IMG/VR virus record: IMGVR_UViG_3300027813_000093
Span: 1-24,151 of that record
Source of the DNA: a virus
Lineage: Duplodnaviria; Caudoviricetes
DNA length: 24,151 nt
Strand: one strand, 5' to 3'
In this document: positions 23,788 through 24,151 of the stretch, piece after piece
Numbering within the stretch: the first letter of the stretch is position 1
How the letters are laid out: each line of letters starts with the position of its first letter
Notes under the pieces: model-generated
What the model saw: only the letters and a program-made list of their open reading frames with translations
Databases searched by the model: none
Told to the model about the DNA's origin: nothing
Made by a program: the position numbers and the translations under genes

Positions 23788-24150
23788 TTAAATATTTCCC
23801 TTTACCATAATATCTTCATCTTCATATGAAGTTCCTCCAAATATTAATAATATACCCTTCCATAAAGTAGTTTTATCATTATTTTTAAAAACTACTTCAC
23901 AATTATAATCATCATTTGATAAAAAATATTCAATTATATTATTACTTCTATTTGATTTAAGTTTTAACTTTTTACAAATACTCTGAACTTTATTAAAATA
24001 TTTAATACTACTATCATCCATAGGACCATCTTTTTTTAAACAAAAATGAGGTATTATACTTCCATGGTCAGGTACTATTCCAAGAGTATAATCATGAAAT
24101 ATTTTTAAATTAAAGGATATGTCTAATGGAATGATTTGTTCATCATTCAT
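23788..24150 (-). CDS. hypothetical protein, possibly 5'-truncated by the window edge
   Basis: 120-aa open frame whose ATG is 1 nt from the window end; no family recognised. Confidence 0.6.
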   Translation of the reverse strand: MNDEQIIPLDISFNLKIFHDYTLGIVPDHGSIIPHFCLKKDGPMDDSSIKYFNKVQSICKKLKLKSNRSNNIIEYFLSNDDYNCEVVFKNNDKTTLWKGILLIFGGTSYEDEDIMVKGNI

Positions 24151-24151
24151 C

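Noticed and set aside
1-24151. Stop-codon reassignment, introns or inteins
   Set aside because: Standard code 11 gives long, tightly abutting ORFs with TAA, TGA and TAG all used as stops. No intein motifs or split genes were seen.

Overview
AT-rich (roughly 30% GC by eye) fragment of a large contractile-tailed (myovirus-like, distantly T4-related) bacteriophage. Every credible gene lies on the minus strand. In transcription order (right to left) it carries: a NodU/CmcH-type carbamoyltransferase; a stand-alone 76-aa membrane protein gene between two terminators; a ~18 kb baseplate/tail-base module (gp5-like hub, gp25-like and gp6/J-like wedge proteins, a DNRLRE-like protein, a coiled-coil + BACON-like protein, a GCTD-repeat protein, a 1769-aa gp7/P2-I-like LamG protein, and three proteins with tail-collar DUF3751-like motifs); a sulfotransferase; a GIY-YIG nuclease; a primase; and the start of an Mre11/SbcD-like nuclease. 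Three ORFs missing from the supplied track were found (1-1000, 2008-2175, 18465-18575). The most notable signals are regulatory: a duplicated 40-bp Bacteroidota-type promoter bracketing a small ORF, a repeated TATATTTATAT putative late promoter, a family of sequence-related terminators, a candidate ~100-nt small RNA, and Shine-Dalgarno-like sites on most structural genes but not on the genes behind the host-type promoters. All family assignments come from motif recognition by eye; no searches were run.
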